A stretch of 62,759 bases of DNA, counting the filler, from Octopus bimaculoides (taxonomy: Eukaryota): NCBI RefSeq assembly GCF_001194135.2. It is 5 parts of 5 records of this genome, joined end to end, with 100 filler letters (N's around TTAATTAATTAA, not from the genome) between each part and the next. Parts side by side here need not be neighbours in the genome. Positions count along the whole stretch, not along the records: positions 26,660 to 53,516 come from NC_068981.1; positions 53,617 to 59,921 come from NC_068997.1; 3 more parts are not named here. One strand, written 5' to 3'. This document shows positions 41,250 to 54,266 of this stretch, piece after piece. How positions within the stretch are numbered: position 1 is the first letter of the stretch; every line of letters begins with the position of its first letter. The notes under the pieces are model-generated. The model had not been told where the DNA came from. It was given only the letters and a program-made list of their open reading frames with translations, and ran no database searches. The position numbers and the translations under genes are program-made.

Positions 41250-41794
41250 CATACAGACAGACAAATATATAGATTACACGCGTAAGCATACACGCATGTA
41301 GTTAGCTTCATAATAATAATGTTGGTGGTTATTGTACTAGCAGAGGTTGCTGTGGTCTTGGTAGTATTGCTGGGGATATTGTTATTGATAGTAATTCTTG
41401 ATGTAGTGAATACCGTGCATGCGTCAAAAGGTGAGGTTATAATTTTGCTCGTAATTATCTATAATATATCTGGATCATTATGATTGTCATAGATGTTGTA
41501 GCAATAATAACGTTGATAATCGCAGCAGTAGTGCTACAGCTGCTGGTATTGCAACTTGTGTTGCTGTTGCTGCTGGTGCTGTTAATTAGGATGCTGGTAC
41601 TTATTACCGTAATCAATGATCTTAGTGAATCTATGGGCATTAGTAACGTTACTGGTGTTGCTGCGATCATTATTGTCATTAGTGTGGTTGTTTTAATCTC
41701 ACTTCGGTCTTGATTAAGCATGAGCATTGAGCAAGACGTTCCAATCAAGAATACCTTTTACTTTTCACTGCATATATATATATACACAGGAGTG

Positions 41795-41955
41795 GGGGAG
41801 CAATGGCCCAGTGGTTGGGGCAGCGGACTCGCGGTCATAGGATCACGTGTCTGTGGAGTGCTCAGCCACTTGCACGTTAATTTCACGAGCAGGCTGTTCC
41901 GTTGATCGGATCGACTGGAACCCTTGACGTCGTAAGCGACGGAGTGCCAACAACA
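41795..41955 (+). mobile_element. SINE family A with a large internal deletion (tRNA-like head joined to the 3' end)
   Basis: Head tggcccagtggttggggcagcggactcgcggtcataggat joins cacgtgtctgtgg, which is shared with 186-293. (AAC)n tail. Confidence 0.85.
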
Positions 41956-41974
41956 CATATACACAAGCGCAGAC

Positions 41975-42045
41975 GTGATCATGCCAACCAGAGCCTTGTA
42001 AGTGGATTTCGGAGATGGAATCTGAAAGCAGCCTGTTGTGTGTAT
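41975..42045 (+). mobile_element. SINE family B fragment
   Basis: ccagagccttgtaagtggatttcggagatggaatctgaaagcagcc resembles the B segment ccaaagccttgtgagtggatttggtagacggaaactgaaagaagcc. Confidence 0.6.
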
Positions 42046-42240
42046 GTGTGTGTGTCTTTGTGTATGTGTGTGTNNNNNNNNNNNNNNNNNNNNNNNNNNN
42101 NNNNNNNNNNNNNNNNNNNNNNNNNNNNNNNNNNNNNNNNNNNNNNNNNNNNNNNNNNNNNNNNNNNNNNNNNNNNNNNNNNNNNNNNNNNNNNNNNNNN
42201 NNNNNNNNNNNNNNNNNNNNNNNNNNNNNNNNNNNNNNNN

Positions 42241-42295
<55 letters not shown>

Positions 42296-43282
42296 CTGCA
42301 TATATTTTTACAGTTTTACGAGGAGAAATGTGGAGACCTCGAAGTTTCGACTTAGTAGCTGTCATTATTCAGTCTCTCGAAATTGAAAATTCGAAGTCAC
42401 AGTGAAGCATTGTGTGTGTGTGTGTGTGTCTGTGTGTTTGTTTGCATGACTATATGTATGTATGTAATTACGAATGTATTTTGTTTGCGCTTTCCCCATT
42501 CATTGGTTTGAGTCACTAAATTATAGCCTTGCTGGAACACCAGCTTTGAAATTATACTTTATAATAAAAAGTGAGGTTTGGCAGAATTTCAGCTCCGAAC
42601 TTAGAGTAGAGACCGCAATCTTCCACAATTTTCCCGACATACTACCAATTATGCTAAGTATCATCTATGTAGCATTTTTCCTTTTAATTCATTTTTCTCG
42701 TTTTTAAGGAAAGCACGAATATCCCAAAGAGTGAATGATTTGATATCCTAGAGAAATCTGCTTGTGTCTAAACTCGAAAGAATTTCTAATTAATATCAAA
42801 ATCAAATAATCTTCAAATCCTCTTCTACTTCCATCTTCGACCACGTTCTATCACAGCCAGCTTCTTTTGTTTAAAATATGAAAACCTTTGAAGTAATTCT
42901 AACTGAAAATGTTTCCCGTAGAATTCAGTAGAATCACCCGCCTGATCGTGTTTTTAATAAATCACGGAGCAGTTGAATTAATTGAACTGTTCTTCCACAA
43001 GCAAAAAGCGATCAAAGTAATTCTAGTAAATAAGAGCCAAATTAGACACTACGGTTCAAAAACAGGAAAATGGCATTAAGAAAAGAAATTATACATATGC
43101 TTAAAAAGATTAGATGGTCACGGCCGGAATGCTTCTGATAATACATCTGCTCAATCAAGGATGACTTGGGAATAGACAGCGGCAACTTTCTAGAATCATT
43201 ATACTTAAGTTAACATGAATATTATCAACTGTAATAAAATAACATTGGTTCATCAGTCAATTTACTTTGAAGCCAATGTGAC

Positions 43283-43420
43283 AAAGTCAACCTCGGCTTT
43301 GCTTTTCAAAATAACATTCGTTCTTTCGGGGTCGATAAAATAAGTACCAGTTAAACACTGTTATCGACATAATCAAATTTATCTCCTTACCCCAAACTTG
43401 CTTGGCCAAAATTTGAAATT
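43283..43420 (+). mobile_element. SINE family C, 3' half
   Basis: ctttcggggtcgataaaataagtaccagtt...ggccaaaatttgaaat. Confidence 0.75.
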
Positions 43421-43479
43421 TGAAATATCGCACCTTTCTTTGTTCTTGGGTGTTCTTTTGGGTTTTTTTCTCATTCTTT

Positions 43480-43743
43480 TGGGCCCCCCCCCCAAATGTT
43501 ACTTGACACGCTCTACACTTCAAAAGGCGATATCTATCTTGAACTTCAAATCATGTTCGAGACTATGCAGTGAACATTTTAAATTTACTCTCTCACAAGT
43601 GAATTTTTCCTAATATAGTTTCTAACCGATTCGTTACAAGAACTCTCAAATCCGACTCTAAAACTGCAAATTAAACCATGCAAACAGTGTTCTTTCAATA
43701 GGATTCTGAGAGAAAAGCCAGGGACTCGACCTCTGTCATTGAA
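43480..43743 (-). mobile_element. hAT transposase C-terminal dimerisation-domain remnant
   Basis: Minus frames read FSLRILL, RNYIR and ERVNLKCSLHSLEHDL. These resemble IALRILLT.P...ERSFS..K.IKNYLR..M.QERLN.LA.LSIE.DL. Confidence 0.45.
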
Positions 43744-44777
43744 NNNNNNNNNNNNNNNNNNNNNNNNNNNNNNNNNNNNNNNNNNNNNNNNNNNNNNNNN
43801 NNNNNNNNNNNNNNNNNNNNNNNNNNNNNNNNNNNNNNNNNNNNNNNNNNNNNNNNNNNNNNNNNNNNNNNNNNNNNNNNNNNNNNNNNNNNNNNNNNNN
43901 NNNNNNNNNNNNNNNNNNNNNNNNNNNNNNNNNNNNNNNNNNNNNNNNNNNNNNNNNNNNNNNNNNNNNNNNNNNNNNNNNNNNNNNNNNNNNNNNNNNN
44001 NNNNNNNNNNNNNNNNNNNNNNNNNNNNATATATATATATATATAATATGTCTATACATGTGTATATATAAATATGTATAGACATAGATGAACATGAAGA
44101 TTAATAATACCTAATTTACAAATCCACTCAACTGTAAATTATTGATGTAGTATATAAGCCTATACATATTTCTAAAGGTGAGAACTTGTGATTCAAACTA
44201 CATCAGTAAATTCATTTCATCGGCTTAATACTCAACCTTACATGAATCTTTCATGGTGGTTACTTGATTACAGTTTCTACAATGCAAGACAAATCGTATA
44301 GAATTTCTTTCGATACGTTTAAAGTATATTCTGCTCCACTAGTCCTCTTATGTTACCTGTACAAACCTTTAATCGGAATTGTCCCGATAAAAGCGATAAC
44401 TATGTTTAGTTAACAGTTTTAGACAAAACAAATCTACTTCATCGCTTGATAATATTATTTGATTCACGAGAAACACCAGTTAATATTCCGCGTATCTAGA
44501 AATTATGTTTCCTCCATCTTTCTGTTATTTTATAAATCGTTCGGTATTTTGTCCTACACAAACACTCACACATATGCACGCTCAATTATAGACAGTTATT
44601 CATATACACGAACTTATATACGTACACACATATATACATACCACATACACACATGGTGAGAGGAACATGGTCACGCATAAGCTGCTTTTAAACAGGTACA
44701 AGAACGCACGCATGTTTGTATGTGAATCTGTATACATACAGAAAAGATAGACAAGAAAATATAGACACACACACACT

Positions 44778-44837
<60 letters not shown>

Positions 44838-46452
44838 GATAGACAGGCAAACAGACAGACACACAGAAAGACTGATAGACAAAAAAGCAAACACACGTAC
44901 ACGCGCACAGAAAAATTGATAGACAAACTGGAAGACAGATAGATACATACATACATACATATAGACAGACAGGCAGACAGACAGGCAGGCAGGCAGATAG
45001 ATCGATCGATCGATAGATAGATAGATAGATAGATAGATGTAATATTGTGTTAATAAACCGAATTATTCTAAATGGGAGAAAAGCACAAGAAATAAATTAT
45101 GACTGTGTGTGGATGTGTGTATTTATGTGTCAATGCGTTTGTGTTTCTTACACACACACACACATTTATGAACATGTATGTAAATATACACATCATTGTA
45201 TATATGTGCATTCCACATATTAGTTATTTTTCACATTCTCTCGTCACCTTCTTCCCGCAGTTAATAATATTTTACGCATCTGTACAAGCTTTATGAACAT
45301 AATTATAATATCAACGTAGTTTATGCTAAAGATCAGAACATCTTTTTTTTTCCCAACGTTTTCTCTATAAATTCACTTGGATGAATACGAAGATTAAAAC
45401 GAAATGCTGCTATGTGGTCGCACGTGCCATACTCCTGTGGTATCTATGAGACAGGAAATGGTAACTAACGTAACATTACATATATGCTACTAATGATAGC
45501 CTATAGAGATGTATGCGCGGACACCTTCGCCGGAGTTGTAACGATCCGAAACCGGAAATACTTGATCATGCACCACTCTGGCGGATAAGCCGCCATGACA
45601 TGGCACTAAGGACAACGGTGTAGATGGCGGATGTAACACCTCACCATTTCTATTTGATCGTGTCACAGCAAGCACACACATATAAGAATATGCTTCCATA
45701 TATATATACGCAAACACCCTTGCATACATATGTGTGTCTGTATATATATATAAATGTATATCTATATGCATTTATCTATATATATGTATATAATAGATAT
45801 ACACATGTACACATACACGCACGCATTCACATACACACGCATATGCGCACGAATGCACACATACACACCCACACACGCACATATATTTCTATGGCACTTG
45901 GTTCCCCAACCATACATATATTAGCATCACGTGATCTGAAATATACTTGCAGCTTTGACGTCATCATAAACGTCAGGGATCAGTTAAAAGGATTATATTA
46001 ATTTTACTCACCCTTATGCCTATCCGCATCTGTGTTTAAGTCAGTTACGTCAGTGAGGACATCGAAAGAGCACGAAAATTAAAACATTTGTATACACAGC
46101 AATCATATACACGCGCATTCATACACGCGCATTCATACACTCACTTACAAGCATACACGTGCTCTCTCTCTCTCTCACTTTCTGTCCCCATTACACACAC
46201 ACACACACACACACACTCACACACACACACACACACATAAATACTTACTCGCACTTCGAGGTACAGAAACACTGTGTTTACAGTAAAAGAAATAAAGATG
46301 TCATAAGCACACATGCTAAATAAGCGAAGCCACCCATAAGCAGACCAATATAATTTCTCAGTGTAATTTAGACGAAGATACATTTCAGGTATTCGATTCC
46401 TACCAGAGGAACAGAAACAGAGGCTGTCCATATAATATTGTATCAGATTTAT

Positions 46453-46688
46453 TTATCTGCCTTAGCGAAGGCGGAGGTATTGTTTTACAGTCGTGTTTGT
46501 TTGTTTGTTTGTCCGTGGACAAGACATCTCAAGAACCGCAGGATGAATTCGGAGGAAACTTTCAGGGATGTTTGGCCTCGTGACTGACACGAACTGATTA
46601 CATTTTGGGATCGATCCGGTACCGGACAAGGATTCTGGATTAATTTCGATTCCCAGATGAGCCTAATGATATTTACAATTCTTTTTCA
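46453..46688 (+). mobile_element. 5' part of a Helentron-associated (DINE-1/HINE-like) element; runs into a gap
   Basis: Terminal hairpin tctgcctt-agcg-aaggcgga, then ggcggaggta and a (GTTT)n-GTCC tract. Shares 37 bp with 11689-11725 in reverse orientation. Confidence 0.6.
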
Positions 46689-46876
46689 NNNNNNNNNNNN
46701 NNNNNNNNNNNNNNNNNNNNNNNNNNNNNNNNNNNNNNNNNNNNNNNNNNNNNNNNNNNNNNNNNNNNNNNNNNNNNNNNNNNNNNNNNNNNNNNNNNNN
46801 NNNNNNNNNNNNNNNNNNNNNNNNNNNNNNNNNNNNNNNNNNNNNNNNNNNNNNNNNNNNNNNNNNNNNNNNNNNG

Positions 46877-47158
46877 GTAAGTTACGGGGACGTAAACACA
46901 CCAGCATCGGTTGTCAAGCGATGTTGGGGGGACAAACTCAGACACACAAACATATACACACACAGACATATATATAAATATATATATACATATATACGAC
47001 GGGCTTCTTTCAGTCTCCGTCTACCAAATCCACTCACAAGGCTTTGGTTGGCCCGGGGCTGTAGTAGAAGACACTTGCCCAAGGTGCCACTCAGTGGGAC
47101 TGAACCCGGAACCATGTGGTTGGTAGCAAGCTACTTACCACACAGCCACACCTACGCC
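46877..47158 (-). mobile_element. SINE family B, tail lost in the gap
   Basis: Reverse complement of 21614-21870. Confidence 0.9.
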
Positions 47159-47242
47159 AGATTATATTCGAACGAGTTTCACTCCTCGTAGTTTTTAATA
47201 TCTTTCATTTCAGTGACTTAATTTATAATTTTTTTAATAAAC

Positions 47243-47497
47243 GGTGCTTGGCCCAGAGGTTAGTGTGCCGACTCATGATCGGGGTTTCAATTTTCGGACT
47301 AGGCGATGCATTGTGTTCTTGAGCTAAACACTTAATTTCACTGTCCACTCGACTCTAAATGAGTTCAAACATTTACTGGGAAATTATCCCGGTGACAGAC
47401 GGCTTCCTGTCCATGGGCGGGAGAATGTTATAATCTCAATAACTCATACGCCATAAAAATAAAAGTAATCTCCGCCCTTGTGAATCCTAAGGCTCAT
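47243..47497 (+). mobile_element. tRNA-headed SINE family E, degenerate
   Basis: Head tggcccagaggttagtgtgccgactcatgatc...gtttcaatttt resembles the family A head, followed by tgtgttcttgagctaaacactt and a different body. Confidence 0.55.
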
Positions 47498-48412
47498 GAC
47501 TGATATAAGTCTAAATTACGGCTCAGTTACCTGTTGAGGTGCAACATTTGATAACTGCTACATTAAATATTAAAAATAATATTAACATATTTAATCCATA
47601 CAGTATAAGCAGCTAAGTAGAAGTGAATATGTTAATGTTACATACATTGAATATGTTAATGACTTGTAGGGACGCGATATTTCGTTATGCAACTATAATA
47701 TCCTATAAAGTATATTACACGATTTTATATGTCAATACCATGTCCTGCTGAGTTAGCACTGATTTTCGATACGAAGGGTCATACAAAGCTCAGTGTTGGC
47801 TATAATCTGCATAAAATATCTGTTGAAATAACCTTAACAAGTGATGAATATATTAAAACTAAGCTAAATTAAGTTAACGTGTTAATGTCCTTGCGAAAAG
47901 ATATGTACATGTCTCTTCTTATATATTTTTTAATCTTCTGTTCAGGAGGACAGATAGTGCGAATGCTTCTTCACAGAGCTTCGGAGAATAGTAGGAAGGG
48001 AGATATTCTCAAGCCGTAGGCCTGCCCAAAATGATAGCTACAGAGTAGACCCGCCAAAAGAACCGAATTTGTCAAGTGGGGTTTTAAACTGGGAGACAGA
48101 GTAAGTCTGCCACCAAAGTAAACTATGTTGATATTTGAACTCAGAATGCAATGAATACAGCAAAGCATCTCGTCCAACGTTCTAACAGTTCCGTGAATCC
48201 ACTACTCTGGATTGACATCTTTTTTATCGACCAACTAAAAGAGGAATAACAAGGTTGATTTCTTTTTTTTTTTTTTTTTTAACCCAGAGCGTAAAGTCTC
48301 AGAACAAATAGTTTCATTCATTCTATCTGATGCTCTCGTGATTCTGCCGATTCGCATCGTATATAGTAAATTTGACTCAAGAACAGCACCTTTGAGAATA
48401 GAGATCAAGTCC

Positions 48413-48605
48413 ATTGAGGGGAAGCGAGATCTAATCGATTTCGTCGACCCCAGTACTTGATTGACACTTAATTTTTTTCGACCCTGAATGGATGAAAGGC
48501 AAAGGCAAAGTCCACCTCGGCGGTTTTTTAACACAGGGCGTAAAAATCCTGAAGAAATACCTATAATTATTTTGTTCGACGCGCTGACGATTCTGTCATC
48601 TCACC
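48413..48605 (-). mobile_element. SINE family C, degenerate
   Basis: aatcgatttcgtcgaccccagtact...ggatgaaaggcaaaggcaaagtccacctcggcgg. Confidence 0.75.
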
Positions 48606-49249
48606 CAGCCATTGTTTTTTGTGAAGAAAAATCAATAGATTTAAGACGCGATTTGGAATTTCTTGACTAGTTTATTATTGTGTAAGTCCAGGTTCCTCCG
48701 TTTGTTTTGAAGTTAAGCAAGAACTAAAAACTGGTAAAAACAAAATCAACATTAGACTACAATGTTGCCAGAGAAGAGATTTCTTGAAAACCCAATTGCA
48801 TTTCAGCTAGTTTGATAGTTCTGTCATTATTAATCAACTTGATAGAATAGTTGGATGAGAGCCAATAGAAATTGCTGAGCATAAGACACTCTGTTGGAAG
48901 CGATAAACCCATGGGTGGGACTTACAGCAAAATGTTTGGCAATGCATTCCGTTCATATGTAAGGGTCATCAGACATCTGAGGCTATTTTGGCTGAACTGC
49001 TTTTAGTACGTGCGCTCGTTAATGAAAACGACCACTATAAGCCGTGCTGTTATATGGACGCATACCAATTCCAGTGACCAATGAGTGGTTAGTGAGAAGA
49101 ACGTGACACATAACCAGGACGTCAAGGGAGTAATGAAAACCAAAAACAAACAGGAGTATAAACAGAAGAGAAACGATACAAAGGAAAAACAAAAAACAAA
49201 AACAAATCAGCTTCTTATTTACTTGCAACATGAAGCAATGCTAACGGTG

Positions 49250-50140
49250 AGAATGTTGTTGCTTGTAGCAGTGGCGACAGAAGTGGTGGTGGTGGTGGTG
49301 ATGGTGGTGGAATGTGGTGGTGGTGGNNNNNNNNNNNNNNNNNNNNNNNNNNNNNNNNNNNNNNNNNNNNNNNNNNNNNNNNNNNNNNNNNNNNNNNNNN
49401 NNNNNNNNNNNNNNNNNNNNNNNNNNNNNNNNNNNNNNNNNNNNNNNNNNNNNNNNNNNNNNNNNNNNNNNNNNNNNNNNNNNNNNNNNNNNNNNNNNNN
49501 NNNNNNNNNNNNNNNNNNNNNNTGGTGGTGGTCGTCGTCGTGGTCGTCGTGGTCGTCGTGGTAGTCGTGGTGGGGGTGGGGGCGGGGTTGGAGTAGGAGT
49601 ACTGGTAGTAATACTGATGTGGTAGCAGTGATGGAGTAGGTAATAGTGGTTGGGCACGGTGGGTTGTGTTGCTGCTGCTGGTGGCAGTGGTTGCAGTGGT
49701 CGACGATAACAGTTATGGTGGTTGCAGGGTTGTTTGTTCATGGTGCTAAAAGCAATAGTTGTGGTGGCGAAGAAGCTGGTCGTTGTATATTTGATGATTG
49801 TAGTGGTGATGATGTCGGTAGCGATGGTAATGGACGTGAGAAAGGCTGAAGTGATAATTGAATCTGTGTTGGTGATGGTGGCATTGGTGATAACGACAGA
49901 GGTGATATTGGTGATGGTGGTGAAGTTGTAGATGTTGATTTTGGTACTGATGGTGGTGGAGATGACGGCAATAGTTATGGCAAAGGCGACAGATGTGGTA
50001 GGGATGATGGTCGTAATGATGGCGCTAATGGTGCTGGTATTGGAGGTGGCGGTAGAGATTCTGTGGCGGTGTTCATGTTTATGGACGAAATGATAATAGT
50101 AAAAGTGTTGTTGTTGCTATTGTTGTTGTTGTTTTTTAAA
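49250..50140. repeat. Degenerate GGT/GAT/GTC triplet low-complexity tract
   Basis: Direct reading. Stops interrupt the sequenced part. Confidence 0.8.
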
Positions 50141-50239
50141 GCCTTTACATCACGAGTTTTGTAGCAGATCATTGGCTCAGTATAACTAGAGTTGATGTTA
50201 GCATATGTAGTAGCTTCAATTCAGGTGCTGTATCGTGAT

Positions 50240-50355
50240 AGTGGTATCCGTTATTGTCGCTTAAGTTCCGGCTACCTGCGATCTACGTTCAAACCCTGCC
50301 GAGGTTAACTTTGCATTTCAGCCTCTCGGGGGCAATAAAAAAAAGGTACCTACCC
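50240..50355 (+). mobile_element. C-related SINE fragment with a divergent head
   Basis: gttcaaaccctgccgaggttaactttgcatttcagcctctcggggg. Confidence 0.55.
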
Positions 50356-50443
50356 AAGGAGAAAAATAGGCGCAACTATTTTTTACATTTTTATATTTCT
50401 AACAACGTGAAACCGGATCTCTCGTGGTATGATTTCCACCAAA

Positions 50444-50657
50444 TGCGGCGAGGTCGCAGAAACGTTAGCACACCGGGTGAAATACTTAGCGGTAGTTCGT
50501 TTGTCATTACGTTCTGAGCTCAAATTCCGCCGAGGTCGACTTTGCTTTTCATCCTTTTGGGGTCTATAAATTAAGTATCAGTTGGGTACTGGAGCCTATC
50601 TAATTGACTGTCCCTGCCCCAAAATTTCGGGCCTTGTGTCTAGAGAGGAATAGGTAT
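50444..50657 (+). mobile_element. SINE family C, full length
   Basis: gcggcgaggtcgcagaaacgttagcacaccgggtgaaatacttagcggt...gaggtcgactttgcttttcatcc...ccccaaaatttcgggccttgtg. Confidence 0.85.
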
Positions 50658-50861
50658 GATTTCCAACTATTGGAAGGGTTATAAAGCATCATTGGTACTG
50701 CCTTTTCCCCTGACTAAAAGGTAAAATAGAACAAAAAGGGATTTTAATCATAATAGAATATTTTGTGGTATTAGTTGTGGTTGAAGTGGTGATGATAATG
50801 ACACTGTTGTAGTAATAGTGACGGTTTTAGCATCTGTATTAGTAATAATTCAAATTCAAGT

Positions 50862-50887
50862 GGTAGCAGCAGCAGCAGCAGTAGTAA

Positions 50888-50923
<36 letters not shown>

Positions 50924-50942
50924 CAGCAGCAGCAGCAGCAAC

Positions 50943-50981
<39 letters not shown>

Positions 50982-50994
50982 TGTTGTTGTTGTT

Positions 50995-51044
<50 letters not shown>

Positions 51045-51046
51045 TA
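50862..51046. repeat. Compound (GCA)/(GTA)/(GTT) microsatellite
   Basis: Direct reading. Confidence 0.95.
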
Positions 51047-52529
51047 TTTAACCACAATTCTTCCCTGATCAAGGAAATCGATGGTCAAAGGCATTCTCGG
51101 CATAACCTTCCCGTCATACTGTTCTCATTTCCTTTTTTTCTGATATGGTCTAGCTGGAGCTTTCTTGCCCAATGCGTTCTCCATCTTTCAAGATTGTATG
51201 CATGGTATGTATAATAAGTGCGTGAGATATGCGTTATGCATGTCATTTACAATATCCGTGTGATATGCGCGTGATATATGTGCGATATATGTAACATGTG
51301 ATAAGTATGAGAGATGCGTGTGATGTATGTGTGATGTATGTGATATATAGTTCATATGTGTAACACGTACGCTTTGCGTGATATGAAATGTGATAATAAA
51401 GATATGTAACTAATATGGGGAACAACGAGTTGATGATGCAGAAGAGGTGAAAGTGGCTTTGAAGATCAGGATACAACATGGTATACCTAAATTGTTTCAA
51501 AGGGAATTCGTGAATGGAATGCAACGTGAGTGCAAAGGAATCGCTTGTGATGGAGACGAGGTTGCGTTTTACTTTCCTATGCAGGAAGAGTTAATCTACG
51601 AGCATGTCCATTGCGAAGGACAAATATTCATTAATAAAGACGTCATGCCTAGTTTTGCATAATCTGTGGTAGAACACTCGTGTGTGTGTCTCTCTCTCTA
51701 TATATATATACAGACAGACACAGAGAAAGTGAGAAGATATGAGAGGTGATTATATATTTATTTAACCACCTGACTTTCATAGGATTACAGGCGTTTAGCA
51801 GCTTTCATCGTGTAGTATTAATTTCACTATGGAAGAAACTGTTTCCATCGATCAGATTTTCTGGATTCTCAATTGCATTCACACTCTACGTACATATCTT
51901 TATAATTCATTACAATGTGAACTGATAGCCGTATCCGCAAGAAGAGTTTTCTGTGATAGCCTCATGATTATCTGAATCCACATCCTATACTGCTCATTTA
52001 CACACAGGTATATGTGTGTGTATGTATGTATGTATGTATGTATATACATGTGTGTGCGTGTATGTGTGTGCCTTTGAGTAATGTGTATATGTGGTTTCTG
52101 TGCTGTTTCTTGTACATTGTCTGAAATCCTGCAGACTCACACATCACCAGTCACGTGCCGATTTGATTGTTGCGTTCAAACTTTTCACAGTAATGATTTC
52201 CATATCAATAACTACGTCAATTTACACGTAGTTACGAACGAAAAAAAGACATGACTGTACCAAACAAATCAACTAGCGACTGCTGGTGTATGAGGCTGCC
52301 CGTCAACATGAATCTAGACAATACAAGAGAAACAAATGAAACGCCATATATATATTGCGACTTAATTTCTTCTCCTCAACAGGCTCATACGTCGTCTGCG
52401 ATGAAAAAGTCCTTCATATATACAAACGTTCACTCACATATACACACATTCACACACTCATATAGATACCTACACCTGTTCATGAATACGAAATTTCTGA
52501 GGACTCCTTGATATGTGATTGAAGAATTT

Positions 52530-52582
<53 letters not shown>

Positions 52583-52707
52583 NNNNNNNNNNNNNNNNNN
52601 NNNNNNNNNNNNNNNNNNNNNNNNNNNNNNNNNNNNNNNNNNNNNNNNNNNNNNNNNNNNNNNNNNNNNNNNNNNNNNNNNNNNNNNNNNNNNNNNNNNN
52701 NNNNNNN

Positions 52708-52751
<44 letters not shown>

Positions 52752-53084
52752 ATACATATAATATGTGCATTTTGTGACGACCTGTAGACATAGATGTATA
52801 TGTCAAGATATGAAAGTTCTTTAATTCAACAATAAAAAGAGGCCATCTCTGGAAAAAATTTGCTCAATGATGGCAGTTTTCGTTAATTGAATATATGAAC
52901 GGAAGATATCTTTTCCAGACTCATCGGATCTCTTCTCGTTTTTGTCTGTATCTTTTTTCTGCCTTTCTTTCTTCTTTTCTATCCAATTGCTTACTTTCTC
53001 TCCTTCAAACACTTTCTACCCTCCCCCCTCTCTCTCTCTTTCTTGCATTTCCATTACTATTATTCCACTCCCCGTCTCATCACT

Positions 53085-53221
53085 ATGTGCTTAGGAAGTT
53101 TATGGTTCCGACCTCAAATCCACTGCGCGGCACATTGGGCAACTGGCTTCTATTATACCCTTGCGTTGACAAACGCCTTGCTGAGCGAAACTGGTAGGCT
53201 GAAATTATGTGGAAATTTGTC

Positions 53222-53225
<4 letters not shown>
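53085..53225 (+). mobile_element. SINE family B 5' part, degenerate
   Basis: ccactgcgcggcacattgggcaactggcttctattata...gtcgtata, ending at the internal TA tract. Confidence 0.6.
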
Positions 53226-53258
<33 letters not shown>

Positions 53259-53722
53259 AACGTCTAGATAGAATAGAGACAGCTGATGAAGGGATATTCC
53301 AAGTGGCTTTCCGTTTTCCTATGTGTTCGTTCCGTTGTCTGTAGTTTATTGTTCTAACGTCCTGTACCCTGATATGCATGTATATACACATGTAGATGTA
53401 AGTATGTACATATATGTGTGTATACATGTATATATATTCTTTGTATTATTACATTATTGAACGCACACGTCCTATTTTGCAAGTAAGTCTACTATATATA
53501 TATATATATATATATANNNNNNNNNNNNNNNNNNNNNNNNNNNNNNNNNNNNNNNNNNNNTTAATTAATTAANNNNNNNNNNNNNNNNNNNNNNNNNNNN
53601 NNNNNNNNNNNNNNNNATATATATATATATATACATATTTATATTTACTTTTTATATACATACATACATACATACATATACATACATATTATATACATAC
53701 ATACATACATACATACATACGG

Positions 53723-53947
53723 GTAAGATGTATCCCAGTAGTCATAGGTGCATTAGGAACCACCCCTGATGATTTGAAGAGATGGATAGAGGAAATAGGC
53801 ATTAAACCCGGTTTAGTACACCACCAGAAAACAATGTTATTAGGGACAGCTAGAATACTTAGGAGGGTTCTTGGCATCTAAGGTTACTTGTTGTAACCTG
53901 ATGTTAGGAACTTTTCTTTTCCAACAGTCTAATCTGTTGTGTGTACA

Positions 53948-53948
<1 letters not shown>
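53723..53948 (+). mobile_element. R4/Dong-like LINE 3' end (ORF C-terminus plus 3'UTR)
   Basis: 53726-53881 reads RCIPVVIGALGTTPDDLKRWIEEIGIKPGLVHHQKTMLLGTARILRRVLGI*. A ~67-nt UTR then leads directly into (TAA)n. Confidence 0.9.
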
Positions 53949-54023
<75 letters not shown>

Positions 54024-54041
54024 TAATAATAATAATAATAA
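53949..54041. repeat. (TAA)n microsatellite
   Basis: Direct reading. Confidence 0.95.
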
Positions 54042-54047
54042 TGGATA

Positions 54048-54266
54048 TGAATTTTTACACAAGGCCAGCAATTTTGGGGGAGGGAGTAAGTCAATTACAT
54101 TGACCCCAGTGTTCAACATATTCAATCGACATTTAATCAACATATGTAACCGACCCCGAAAGGATCAAAGGCAATGCTAACCTCAGTGGAATTTGAACTC
54201 AAGACCGTAAAAACAGACGAAATGCCGCTTAGCATTTTGTCCAATGGTTCTGCCAGCTCGCCGCCT
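54048..54266 (-). mobile_element. SINE family C
   Basis: cacaaggccagcaattttgggg...gaccccgaaaggatcaaaggc...ctgccagctcgccgcc. Confidence 0.85.

Noticed and set aside
42849-42863. 15-nt exact match (tatcacagccagctt) to the 5' part of mature miR-2
   Set aside because: The match stops at 15 nt and neither flank has a complementary arm, so there is no pre-miRNA hairpin. Probably chance.
49522-50060. Gly/Asp/Cys-rich reading that could be a structural-protein exon
   Set aside because: In-frame stops, no clear splice sites, and the same style as the other triplet tracts.
51447-51662. 71-aa ORF with a possible acceptor site (tttcctatgcag)
   Set aside because: No recognisable domain, non-ATG start and no partner exons.
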